Origin: Nitrospirota bacterium | GTDB lineage: Bacteria; Nitrospirota; Thermodesulfovibrionia; Thermodesulfovibrionales; Dissulfurispiraceae | Assembly: GCA_040754455.1 (NCBI GenBank) | Contig: JBFMCP010000017.1 | Span: forward strand, 1 to 64,000 | Length of the DNA: 64,000 nucleotides | Direction of reading: 5' to 3' | In this document: positions 36,778 through 45,609 of the stretch, piece after piece | Position numbering within the stretch: position 1 is the stretch's first letter | How the letters are laid out: every line of letters starts with the position of its first letter | Program-made: the position numbers and the translations under genes | Notes under the pieces: model-generated | The model's database searches: none | What the model was told of the DNA's origin: nothing | Seen by the model: only the letters and a program-made list of their open reading frames with translations

Positions 36778-37344
36778 ATGGAAAAAAAGATATTCTACTT
36801 CGAAAAACCGGGAAAGGAGAATACCGAAAGCTGTCTCCGGATTGTCAAGGATGCGATAGCAGCGTTCAACTATAAACACCTCGTCGTAGCCTCTACGTGG
36901 GGAGACACAGGACTTCTCTTTGCCGAATCGTTGGGAAACACCGGAACCAATGTTATTGTTGTAACGCATTCCGCCGGCTTCAAAGAGCCGAACACCATCG
37001 AAATGTCTCCTGAAACAAGAAAGAAGATAGAATCCCTCGGCGCACGGGTCTACACCGGTACGATGATCACCCATACCCTGGAGACGGCCTTTGCTGCAAA
37101 GTTCAACGGCCTCTACCCTACCCTTATTGTCGCCCAGAGTTTGAGGCGGTTCGGTGAGGGGGCGAAAGTCTGCTGCGAGATGGCTATGATGGCGGCCGAT
37201 GCGGGGCTCATTCCTGAAGGAGAAGAGATTCTGACCGTTGCCGGCACCGGCAGAGGAGCCGATACCGTCCTCGTGATAAAATCTGCGGCATCGAAACGGT
37301 TCCTCGATCTGAAGGTGCTCGAGATATTGGCAAAGCCGCGATAG
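36778..37344 (+). CDS. Pyruvate-kinase C-terminal-like (alpha/beta) domain protein
   Basis: YFEKPGKENT, VVAST.GDT, MAADAGLI and AGTGRGADT motifs. Confidence 0.82.
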   Translation: MEKKIFYFEKPGKENTESCLRIVKDAIAAFNYKHLVVASTWGDTGLLFAESLGNTGTNVIVVTHSAGFKEPNTIEMSPETRKKIESLGARVYTGTMITHTLETAFAAKFNGLYPTLIVAQSLRRFGEGAKVCCEMAMMAADAGLIPEGEEILTVAGTGRGADTVLVIKSAASKRFLDLKVLEILAKPR

Positions 37345-37372
37345 CCATTAGCTCACAGTTTTTGTTTTTTTG

Positions 37373-38503
37373 CTATGAGCTGCGGAGATATCCCTCGACC
37401 ATCAGATCCTGCCCTACCCGTTTCACTTTCATGTCGCGGAGGAGGAACGCGTCTTCGAGGCGCTGGAATTCCTTGCCGCCGATAGCGGGTATGGAATCCT
37501 TTCCTCCGATAATTTTTGGAGCAATGAAGAAGACGATCTTATCCACAATCCCGTCACGGAGCGCAGCGGCATTGAGCGAGGAGCCGCCCTCGATCAGTAC
37601 TGACATTACCTGCCGCTCACCGAGCGTACTCATGAGACATGCAAGGTCGACCCGGTCCCCATCGTACTCCATAATCTCGACGCCCCTTTCGATGAGACCT
37701 TTCACCTTCCGGTTTCCGGCTTCAGACTTCTGACTTCTGGTTACGATGAGCGTCCGCGGCGGTATGCAGCAGACATTATAGTCGAGCGGCGTCTCGAGGT
37801 CCGGATCGATAATGACCCTCAGAGGGTTTTTCACGTTCTGCTGCCCGCTTTTCGCTCTTTCCCCGAGCCGCACCGTAAACTGCGGGTTGTCAGCCAGCAC
37901 TGTGCCGATGGCCGTCAGCACTGCATCTGACTCGCTTCTCATACGATGGACGATCTTTCTCGCCAGCTCTCCGGTGATCCACTTCGATTGGCCTTCAGGA
38001 GTAGCGATTTTGCCGTCGAGGGTCATGGCGACCTTGAGGGTCACAAAGGGGGTACGTGTGGTAATGTACTTCATATATGCCTCGTTCAGCCGCATCGCCT
38101 CTTCTCTCAGAATACCGTCTATTACCTGGATGCCGTGGCGCTGCAGCTCTTCGATCCCTTTGCCCGACACCTTGGGATTGGGGTCCTTCATGGCGATAAC
38201 CACCTTTTTAATGCCAGCGTCGATGATCGCGCCGGTGCACGGCGGCGTGCGCTTTTTGAGATGGCAACAGGGTTCGAGGGTTACATACAGCGTGGCGTTT
38301 TTTGCCCGCTCCTGCGCTTTCCGGATCGCGAGGGCTTCGGCGTGGAGCTGGCCGGGTCTCTTGTGGTAGTCTTCGGCAATAATCCTGCCGCTTTTGACGA
38401 TCACCGCCCCGACCATCGGGTTGGGGCTTGTCATTCCTTTTGCCCTAGCGGCAAGGGTTAAAGCCCTTTTCATGAATGATATGTCTTTATCGGCAACTTT
38501 CAT
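37373..38503 (-). CDS. ribD: Riboflavin biosynthesis deaminase/reductase
   Basis: SPNPMVG, HAE, TLEPCCH...TPPC, DGKIAT and EGG motifs. Start is 38503 or 38527. Confidence 0.96.
   Translation of the reverse strand: MKVADKDISFMKRALTLAARAKGMTSPNPMVGAVIVKSGRIIAEDYHKRPGQLHAEALAIRKAQERAKNATLYVTLEPCCHLKKRTPPCTGAIIDAGIKKVVIAMKDPNPKVSGKGIEELQRHGIQVIDGILREEAMRLNEAYMKYITTRTPFVTLKVAMTLDGKIATPEGQSKWITGELARKIVHRMRSESDAVLTAIGTVLADNPQFTVRLGERAKSGQQNVKNPLRVIIDPDLETPLDYNVCCIPPRTLIVTRSQKSEAGNRKVKGLIERGVEIMEYDGDRVDLACLMSTLGERQVMSVLIEGGSSLNAAALRDGIVDKIVFFIAPKIIGGKDSIPAIGGKEFQRLEDAFLLRDMKVKRVGQDLMVEGYLRSS
37706..37740. repeat. Five tandem degenerate heptamers in frame inside ribD
   Basis: CTTCCGG TTTCCGG CTTCAGA CTTCTGA CTTCTGG encode TRSQKSEAGNRK. 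Confidence 0.75.
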
Positions 38504-38539
38504 GCTGTTTGAATTTCGAAATTTCATTTTAACACAATT

Positions 38540-38659
38540 TTATTCATCCAAAGGACTTCTCACGCCAAGGACATTTTTCGCAGCCACATGAGTATAAATC
38601 ATAGTGGTGTGCAGATTCCTGTGTCCGGGCAATTCCTGAATCGTCCTGATGTCATAGCC
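38540..38659 (-). pseudogene. intI: Integron integrase C-terminal remnant
   Basis: Translates [39 protein letters not shown], the IntI-type C-terminus with the catalytic Tyr; an in-frame stop lies two codons upstream. Confidence 0.88.
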
Positions 38660-38746
38660 GCATTATACCGAATCGTCATCGCTCATTCAAGGTAAAAGCT
38701 CAATTTTATTAATAGCTACCATGTGCAGTCACCGGTCTTGGACACC

Positions 38747-38775
38747 TTGACAAGACATCCTCTGTCATCTAGAAT
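38747..38775 (+). promoter_or_regulatory. Sigma70 promoter facing the cassette (Pc-like)
   Basis: TTGACA-N17-TAGAAT. Confidence 0.8.
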
Positions 38776-38809
38776 CTTTCACAATGCAGTGGAAATATAA
38801 AAATAAATG

Positions 38810-39282
38810 TTAAAAGGAGAATGATAACGAAAAAAATAATTTTAACGGTCATCTTTCTAATGCTTGCGTTTCCGCTGCATGCAAAAGAAGCAGTCATATT
38901 CACCGGCATCCCAGAAATAAAAATTAGCGAGGGTGGTGTAACCAGAGCACCTGAGAACTTGAACAAAGAAAAGGCAATCAACTTCAAATGCACAATCACA
39001 AAAATTGACGACAAATATTATTGGACACCAAGGGAAAATATCGAATTAATTCCTATTTCCAGTGGGGCGTCCATCACCTATTGGGCGGTTAGCGGCTCAG
39101 GATATGTTCGTATCGTTAAACCTGAAATGAAAAAAGAGGTAAAACAACTTGGTGCAGTCGCAGGCGATCCAGAGGACTGAAATCTGTCACATATTACGGA
39201 CGAATGAAATAGCTGCTTTTAACAAAGTGCTGCACCTGACCGCTATTCCGCTGCGCTTCATAGCGGCTGGTGAGCTTTAGCG
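38810..39282 (+). mobile_element. Integron gene cassette
   Basis: Begins at core site G/TTAAAA (38809) just before SD AGGAGA and the ATG; AT-rich; ends in attC. Confidence 0.8.
38821..39180 (+). CDS. Cassette-encoded hypothetical secreted protein, possibly frameshifted near the C-terminus
   Basis: Signal peptide MITKKIILTVIFLMLAFPLHA; SD AGGAG. Confidence 0.75.
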   Translation: MITKKIILTVIFLMLAFPLHAKEAVIFTGIPEIKISEGGVTRAPENLNKEKAINFKCTITKIDDKYYWTPRENIELIPISSGASITYWAVSGSGYVRIVKPEMKKEVKQLGAVAGDPED

Positions 39283-39288
39283 TTAAAA
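39217..39288 (+). mobile_element. attC recombination site (72 bp)
   Basis: TTTTAAC...GCTGCACCTGACCGCTAT-TCCGCTGCGCTTC-ATAGCGGCTGGTGAGC...GTTAAAA: complementary R boxes, imperfect palindrome with extrahelical bases. Confidence 0.9.
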
Positions 39289-40746
39289 TCCGTATTCCTT
39301 CCATCTCATATCAACGAGCCTTTTAATTTCTTCGGACATGTAGATCTCCGGCGGCCATTCCCTCATCATGCCTTCCTCTCTCGACTTCCTTGTGGCGTCG
39401 ATGCCCATCTTCGAGCCGTAGCGCGGGAAGTTTGCCGCATGGTCGAGGTCATCGAGCGGGCCTTCGGCGATGACGACGTCGCGGCGCCAATCCGTATTGT
39501 TCAGAACGCGCCACGCCGTATAGGAGATATTCTGGACATCCACATCGTCGTCGACGATGATCAGCACCTTGGCGAACATCATCTGCCCTTTGCCCCAGAG
39601 GCCGTGGATGATCTTCTTTCCCTGACCGGGATAGCTCTTCCTGATCGATATCAGGGCGCAATTATGGAACACTCCCTCCATGGGAAGATTGATGTCTCTA
39701 ATCTCCGGGAAGTCGAGTTTCATGAGCGGCAGGAAGATGCGCTCCGTCGCCTTTCCCATATAACAATCTTCCATAGGCGGCTTTCCGACGATGGTTGCGG
39801 GATAGATGAGGTCCTTTCTGTGTGTAATACAGGTGACATGGAAGACCGGATAGTAATCGGCAGCGGAGTAGAATCCGGTATGATCACCGAAGGGGCCCTC
39901 GATGCGCATTTCTCCAGGCTCAAGGTATCCCTCGATCACAAGCTCGCTGTTCGCAGGGACTTCGATATCCGAAGTGATGCATTTCACCATCTCCACCGGC
40001 TCTCTCCGGAGAAATCCGGCGAAGAGCATCTCATCAACGGACTCCGGCAGCGGAGCGCTCGATGCGTAGATCACGGCTGGGTCGCTGCCGACCGCGATCG
40101 CCGCAGGCATTCTCTTGTTGAGCGCCTTGTATTTATCGTAGTGGCGCGCACCGTCCTTGTGAATATGCCAGTGCATGCCGGTGGTCACTTTATCATAGAT
40201 ATGGATCCGGTACATGCCGCAGTTCTGGCGGCCGGTCTCGGGATCCCTGGTAAATACCATGGGGAACGTGATGAACCTTCCTTCGTCGGTAGGCTGACCG
40301 TCGCCGGGCCAGCATTTCAGTACCGGGAACTTGCTCAGGTCAGGATTGTCTTTTTCGACAACCTCCTGGCAGGGGCCGCTCTTGACGTGTTTGGGCAGAT
40401 ATCTCGAGAACTCGAAGAGCTTCGGCAGCATCGCCAGCTTTTCCATCAAGGTTTTCGGCGGTGCCTGGTGGAGCAGCTCTTCGATGCGGCGGCCGACATC
40501 GTCGAGCTCTTTTACTTCGAGGGAAAGGCTCATCCTCTCGAACGAACCGAAAATATTGGTTACCACAGGATACGCCGACCCCTTTACCTTCTCGAAAAAG
40601 AGTGCTTTGCCCCCCTCGGGGCTCTTGCACATCCGGTCGGTGATTTCCGATATCTCGAGGATCGGGTCTACTTCTGCTTTTACACGATGGAGAAGCCCTT
40701 TTTTCTCAAGGGCGGCGATGAATTCTCTTAAGTCCTTATATGCCAT
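39283..40746 (-). CDS. UbiD-family (menaquinone biosynthesis-type) decarboxylase
   Basis: DLREFI, NCGMYR, EGPFGDHTGFY and KMGIDAT motifs. Confidence 0.92.
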   Translation of the reverse strand: MAYKDLREFIAALEKKGLLHRVKAEVDPILEISEITDRMCKSPEGGKALFFEKVKGSAYPVVTNIFGSFERMSLSLEVKELDDVGRRIEELLHQAPPKTLMEKLAMLPKLFEFSRYLPKHVKSGPCQEVVEKDNPDLSKFPVLKCWPGDGQPTDEGRFITFPMVFTRDPETGRQNCGMYRIHIYDKVTTGMHWHIHKDGARHYDKYKALNKRMPAAIAVGSDPAVIYASSAPLPESVDEMLFAGFLRREPVEMVKCITSDIEVPANSELVIEGYLEPGEMRIEGPFGDHTGFYSAADYYPVFHVTCITHRKDLIYPATIVGKPPMEDCYMGKATERIFLPLMKLDFPEIRDINLPMEGVFHNCALISIRKSYPGQGKKIIHGLWGKGQMMFAKVLIIVDDDVDVQNISYTAWRVLNNTDWRRDVVIAEGPLDDLDHAANFPRYGSKMGIDATRKSREEGMMREWPPEIYMSEEIKRLVDMRWKEYGF

Positions 40747-40895
40747 GGCGCTCCTGTATCTTAAGTTGTTGTAATTTTTTATTATATCTACGCCGGAGCG
40801 CGAATGGCAAGGGAATGCTGCGGTGCTACGCGATTATGACCCTGTTCCGCCACTCATTTTTTTGCCCGATGGTACCCTTCTTTAAATGTGGAGTC

Positions 40896-41309
40896 TTACA
40901 GAATTTCCAGTGCTGAGAAAAAGTACCCTATCTCGAACGCAGCTGTCTCGGGAGCATCTGAGCCGTGGACGGCATTCCTCTCGACACTCTCGGCAAAGTC
41001 CTTTCTTATGGTGCCCGGTGCGGCGTTTGCCGGGTTGGTGGCACCCATGATCTCTCTATTCTTCGAAATGGCCTTTTCACCCTCGAGGACCATAACGACA
41101 ATAGGACCTTCCGACATGAAGTCGGTGAGGCTGTCGTAAAAGGGTTTATCCTTATGGACGATGTAAAATCCTTTCGCCTGCTCCTTCGAGAGCTTGATCT
41201 TTTTCATTGCCGCTATCCGCAGGCCGTTCTTTTCGAACCTGCTGATGATCTCGCCGATAACGTTCTTCTTTACTGCGTCGGGCTTGATAATCGATAATGT
41301 CCTTTCCAT
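40896..41309 (-). CDS. ndk: Nucleoside-diphosphate kinase
   Basis: [11 protein letters not shown] and NAVHGSD motifs. Confidence 0.98.
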   Translation of the reverse strand: MERTLSIIKPDAVKKNVIGEIISRFEKNGLRIAAMKKIKLSKEQAKGFYIVHKDKPFYDSLTDFMSEGPIVVMVLEGEKAISKNREIMGATNPANAAPGTIRKDFAESVERNAVHGSDAPETAAFEIGYFFSALEIL

Positions 41310-41322
41310 AAGAGCATCTCCT

Positions 41323-42255
41323 TTATAAATGTAGTTTCCGGACCAATGAGGCTACTGCAGCCGCCGATGTATCGAAGTCGCTTTTTTCCTGCTCGTTCAG
41401 TTTCAGCTCAACGATCTTTTCTATTCCGGACCTGCCCACGATGACGGGGACACCCATATAAATTCCCTTCGCACCGTATTCTCCATTGAGATAGGCGGAA
41501 CAGGGCATCATCCTCTTCTTGTCGAGGAGAATGGACTCGACCATCTGGTAGGTCGATGCAGCGGGGGCATAATACGCGCTGCCTGTTTTCAACAGAGCAA
41601 CGATCTCCGCACCGCCGTTCCTTGTCCGGTCGACCAAAGCCTGGACTCTTTCTTCGCTCAGCAACTCGGTAACCGGGACCCCGCGCACAGTGGTAAAGCG
41701 CGGCATCGGCACCATCTGGTCACCGTGGCCGCCGCACACCAATGCCTCAACGTCTTCAGATGATACCTTGAGTTCCCATGCTACGAAAGTCCTGAAGCGC
41801 GCTGCATCGAGGACGCCGCCCATCCCCATCACTCGCTCCGGTTCGAAGCCGGATACCTTCAGGCTGACATGTGCCATTACATCCATCGGGTTCGTCACCG
41901 CTATCATGATAGCCCGGGGAGACAGCCTGGAGGTCTTTTCCGCAACTTCCGCAACAATCTTGGCGTTGGCGCTGAGGAGGTCGTCCCTGCTCATACCGGG
42001 TTTGCGTGCAAGCCCTGCTGTTATGACGATAATATCCGATCCCTCAGTGGGTGCGTAGTCGTTCGTTCCGATAATGGAAGACGAGGAGCCCCAGAGAGGA
42101 CAGGCCTCGGCAAGGTCCAATGCCTTACCCTGGGGAACGCCTTCCACGATATCGTACAGCACGACATCGGCAATACCACCCTGCACAATCATCTGCGCAA
42201 GCGATGCGCCGACGTTGCCGGCGCCGATTACCGAAACCTTTTTCTTCATATCCAT
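41323..42255 (-). CDS. mdh: Malate dehydrogenase (LDH-like clade)
   Basis: [26 protein letters not shown] and GSAYYAPA motifs. Confidence 0.95.
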   Translation of the reverse strand: MDMKKKVSVIGAGNVGASLAQMIVQGGIADVVLYDIVEGVPQGKALDLAEACPLWGSSSSIIGTNDYAPTEGSDIIVITAGLARKPGMSRDDLLSANAKIVAEVAEKTSRLSPRAIMIAVTNPMDVMAHVSLKVSGFEPERVMGMGGVLDAARFRTFVAWELKVSSEDVEALVCGGHGDQMVPMPRFTTVRGVPVTELLSEERVQALVDRTRNGGAEIVALLKTGSAYYAPAASTYQMVESILLDKKRMMPCSAYLNGEYGAKGIYMGVPVIVGRSGIEKIVELKLNEQEKSDFDTSAAAVASLVRKLHL

Positions 42256-42287
42256 CTCCCGTTATGAAAATTTTCTCACTTGCGTTG

Positions 42288-42524
42288 TTAAAATCCGCAA
42301 ATAGTGAACGGCGCTTTTATGGTGACCCTCAGATGCTCATTCTCTTTTTCTACTGTATATGGACAATTGAAGGTACGGACATAGAGCTCTGTCATCTTCA
42401 ACTCTTTTTCCTTATTGTCGATGAGCATGGCGACATCCTCATCGACAGCGCAGAGACCTTCAAGTCGTTTTTTCAACAGCTTCAAATGCTCGGGGTGAGA
42501 CAGGCCGCGCGCATCCACAATCAT
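42288..42524 (-). CDS. TusA/SirA-like small protein lacking the canonical Cys
   Basis: IVDARGLSHPEH in place of LDxRGLxCPxP; in the operon between fabD and mdh. Confidence 0.65.
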   Translation of the reverse strand: MIVDARGLSHPEHLKLLKKRLEGLCAVDEDVAMLIDNKEKELKMTELYVRTFNCPYTVEKENEHLRVTIKAPFTICGF

Positions 42525-42530
42525 AGGTGC

Positions 42531-43457
42531 TCACTGCATTTCAGAGAGGGTTTTCTCCAATGTCTCGACATTCTCAACATTAAAGACCGCTGCAGTTGGT
42601 TCTATGCGTTTGATCAATCCTGAGAGGACTTTACCCGGCCCTGTTTCGATGAAACGTGTCACTCCTGATGCAGCAATCGCTTTGATGCAGTCCTCCCAGA
42701 GGACCGACCGGCTCAGCTGACTGACAAGGGACAAGCGTATCTCTTCAGCCTTTGCAATAAAACGTGCTTCGGTATTGTTGACGAACGCTGTCTTTGCATC
42801 ATTGATCGTAATTCCCTTCAGGACCACGTCAAGCGCTTTACCGGCCTCCTCCATCAGGGCACAATGGGAAGGAACGCTCACCGAGAGAGGAAGCGCCCGT
42901 TTTGCCCCTGCATCTTTTGCTTTGGCCATAGCCTCTTCAACAGCGGCCTTTTCACCAGAGATGACGATCTGCCCGGGGCAATTATAGTTCGCGACGCCGA
43001 CGTATCCTGATGAAACGCCTTTACACAGGGTATCAAGCACCTCACGGTCAAGGCCAAGTACGGCTGCCATGAGCCCTTTGCCTTCAGGCACCGCCTCCTG
43101 CATGATCTTCCCGCGGATCTCGGTTGCTTTGACCGCATCGTTGAAGGAGATGCTCCCAGCGGCAACAAGCGCCGAGTATTCTCCGAGGCTGTGGCCTGCT
43201 ACAACAGAAGGGACAACTCCTCTGGATTTCAATACAGTAAAAGCCGCGATGCTCGCTACCAGTAAACAGGGCTGTGTTCTGTAGGTCTTATTAAGCTCCT
43301 CAGCAGGGCCGTTGAAGCTCAATGCCGCCACATCGTAACCGAGGACGCGGGAAGCCTCGTCATAGAGCCCCTTGACCTCATCGAAACGATCGTAGAGGTC
43401 TTTTCCCATCCCCACCTGCTGCGATCCCTGACCCGGAAAAACGAAGCAGATCTTCAT
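42531..43457 (-). CDS. fabD: Malonyl-CoA:ACP transacylase
   Basis: FPGQGSQ, GHSLGEY, NYNCPGQ and VPSH motifs. Confidence 0.97.
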   Translation of the reverse strand: MKICFVFPGQGSQQVGMGKDLYDRFDEVKGLYDEASRVLGYDVAALSFNGPAEELNKTYRTQPCLLVASIAAFTVLKSRGVVPSVVAGHSLGEYSALVAAGSISFNDAVKATEIRGKIMQEAVPEGKGLMAAVLGLDREVLDTLCKGVSSGYVGVANYNCPGQIVISGEKAAVEEAMAKAKDAGAKRALPLSVSVPSHCALMEEAGKALDVVLKGITINDAKTAFVNNTEARFIAKAEEIRLSLVSQLSRSVLWEDCIKAIAASGVTRFIETGPGKVLSGLIKRIEPTAAVFNVENVETLEKTLSEMQ

Positions 43458-44644
43458 TTGCCCTTTATCTCTTTCAATTTCCTGATCAGGAGCGGCACGA
43501 CTTCGTTCGCATCGCCGACAATCCCGTAGGTAGCGACAGAGAAGATGGGTGCTTCGGGGTTCTTGTTGATGGCGATGATCACGTCTGACGACTGCATGCC
43601 GACGAGATGCTGTACCGCACCCGAGATGCCGCAGGCGATGTAGACTTTGGGGCAGACGGTCCTGCCGGTCTGTCCGACCTGGTGGCTGTAGGGTATCCAG
43701 CCCTCGTCCACCGCTGCCCTCGAAGCGCCGACAGCGCCGCCGAGGAGCTCGGCCAGCTCATGGAGCATGGCAAACCCTTTCTCGCCCATTCCCCTGCCGC
43801 CCGCGACGATCACTTCGGCATCCTGGAGGTTTACCATGCATTCTGATGTCTCCTTGATCGTCTCCAGGACCTTTGTCCTGCAGGTGAGGTTATCGGCAGC
43901 AACTGGGATAATCTCTCCCTTTTTATCAGTATTGTATTCACCCCGCTTCATCACCCTTGGCCGCACGGTCGCGATCTGGGGGCGGTAGTTGGGGCAGAGA
44001 ATGGTCGCCATGATGTTTCCGCCGAAGGCAGGACGTATCTGGAGCAGATTGCCCGAATCCTTGTCGATTTCAAGGGCGGTGCAGTCGGCGGTGAGCCCTG
44101 TCCTCAGCCGGGCAGCTACTCTGGGAATGAAAGAGCGTCCAATAGGGGTCGCACCCGCAAGGACGATCTCGGGTTTGTGGGTCGCGATTAATCGCACGAG
44201 CAACTGCGCATAGGGCTCGTCATTGAAGGTATCGAAGGAGGTATCCTTCGCATGATAGACCTTATCAGCACCCCATCTGATGAGCTCCTGCGCCTCATGA
44301 TCGTCGGCGCCCAGGAGAACGGCGCAGAGCTCGGTCTTCAACTCTTCGGCGAGCTTCCTGCCTGCGCCGAGGAGCTCGTACGCAACGGGGGCTACCTTCC
44401 CCTCACGCTGTTCCGCAAAGATCCATACTCCTTTATATGCCGAGAGATCGGCTTTCTGCATATCCCCCCCCTCGAGCACTTCGACAATTGCTCCTTCGGG
44501 ACAGACGCTCAGGCAGGTCTTGCAGAACTGGCAGTATTCATTGATAAAGGCCTTGCCTCCTTTTATCTCTATTGCGGTGAACGGACACGACTCAATGCAT
44601 TCCTTGCAGCCGGTGCACCGTTCTGTTTTTACCACTATACGCAT
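43454..44644 (-). CDS. etfA: Electron transfer flavoprotein alpha subunit with N-terminal 2x[4Fe-4S] ferredoxin domain
   Basis: CTGCKECIESCP and CQFCKTCLSVCP; GLTADCT, QVGQTG and GISGAVQH motifs. Confidence 0.95.
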   Translation of the reverse strand: MRIVVKTERCTGCKECIESCPFTAIEIKGGKAFINEYCQFCKTCLSVCPEGAIVEVLEGGDMQKADLSAYKGVWIFAEQREGKVAPVAYELLGAGRKLAEELKTELCAVLLGADDHEAQELIRWGADKVYHAKDTSFDTFNDEPYAQLLVRLIATHKPEIVLAGATPIGRSFIPRVAARLRTGLTADCTALEIDKDSGNLLQIRPAFGGNIMATILCPNYRPQIATVRPRVMKRGEYNTDKKGEIIPVAADNLTCRTKVLETIKETSECMVNLQDAEVIVAGGRGMGEKGFAMLHELAELLGGAVGASRAAVDEGWIPYSHQVGQTGRTVCPKVYIACGISGAVQHLVGMQSSDVIIAINKNPEAPIFSVATYGIVGDANEVVPLLIRKLKEIKGK

Positions 44645-45417
44645 TTGAGCCCCCTCAGTTCGTTGATAAGCGCATCGATCTGCTCTTCCACGCTCCCCTG
44701 CAGCATTTTCCGGTCGGTCTTTGCCGGGGGCGCAAAGATATTCTTCACCTGGGTGGGAGAGCCCTTCAATCCGACATTCTCTTCCTCGGCGCCGATTGCG
44801 GCAAGGTCCATCGTGGTGATGACCGCTTTCTTTGCCGCCATCTTTCCCTTGAGCGAAGGGAGCCGCGGCGTATTGATCTCCTTCACCACGGTCAGTAAAA
44901 CCGGAAGCGGTGATTCGACCACATCGTAGCCCTCGTCCGTCAGGCGCTGCACCTTGATACGGCCGTCACTCACCTCATCAATCTTGCGCACATACGAGAT
45001 GTGCGGGATGGTGAGAAACTCGGCCACTTCCGGTCCCACCTGTGCAGTATCGCCATCGATCGCCTGCTTACCGCAGAGAATGATGTCATAACCGATGGTA
45101 TCGATGGCCTTGTAGAGTGCGTACGACGTCGCCCAGGTATCGGCGCCGGCAAAGGCCCTGTCGGAAATGAGCCTGACCTCGTCGGCGCCCATTGCAATAG
45201 CCTCACGGAGCGCTCCTTCCGCCTGGGGAGGGCCCATGGTAATCACCGTCACCTTTCCGCCTGACCTCTCCCGTATCTGGAGCGCTGCCTCGAGGGCATG
45301 CAGGTCGTAGGGATTGATGATGCTGGGGACGCCCTCCCTGATGAGCGTGTTGGTCTCGGGATTTATTCTTACTTCAGCGGTATCAGGGACCTGCTTGATA
45401 CAGACAACAATGTTCAC
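44635..45417 (-). CDS. etfB: Electron transfer flavoprotein beta subunit
   Basis: CIKQVPD, SDRAFAGADTWATS, GKQAIDGDTAQVGP and GLKGSPT motifs; GTG start with GGAGG. Confidence 0.95.
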   Translation of the reverse strand: MNIVVCIKQVPDTAEVRINPETNTLIREGVPSIINPYDLHALEAALQIRERSGGKVTVITMGPPQAEGALREAIAMGADEVRLISDRAFAGADTWATSYALYKAIDTIGYDIILCGKQAIDGDTAQVGPEVAEFLTIPHISYVRKIDEVSDGRIKVQRLTDEGYDVVESPLPVLLTVVKEINTPRLPSLKGKMAAKKAVITTMDLAAIGAEEENVGLKGSPTQVKNIFAPPAKTDRKMLQGSVEEQIDALINELRGLKCV

Positions 45418-45436
45418 ATGTCCTCCTATGTAAAAA

Positions 45437-45585
45437 CAGTGTCAGTGATAAGTGTCAGCAAAAGAAGCAGCGACAATGTCAGTGTCAGACGTTATTTGAT
45501 TTTTTCTTTTTCTGACACTGACACTAAACACCGGCACTGTTTTCCTGATACTTGTCACTGACACTGATACTGTTTCTCTGACACA
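45437..45585. repeat. Hexamer-period (AGTGTC/GACACT) nested palindrome
   Basis: Perfect 13-bp inverted repeat 45477-45489/45511-45523 inside a 22-bp inverted repeat 45437-45458/45545-45566 (2 mismatches). Confidence 0.8.
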
Positions 45586-45609
45586 GAGATGAACTTGAAA
45601 TTATACTCT

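Noticed and set aside
40805..40818. Second sigma54 promoter TGGCAAGGGAATGC
   Set aside because: GG-to-GC spacing is 9 rather than 10, and it faces no gene start.
13648..45585. Short intergenic repeats as CRISPR arrays
   Set aside because: Units are 6-7 nt, degenerate and inverted, with no unique spacers and no cas genes.
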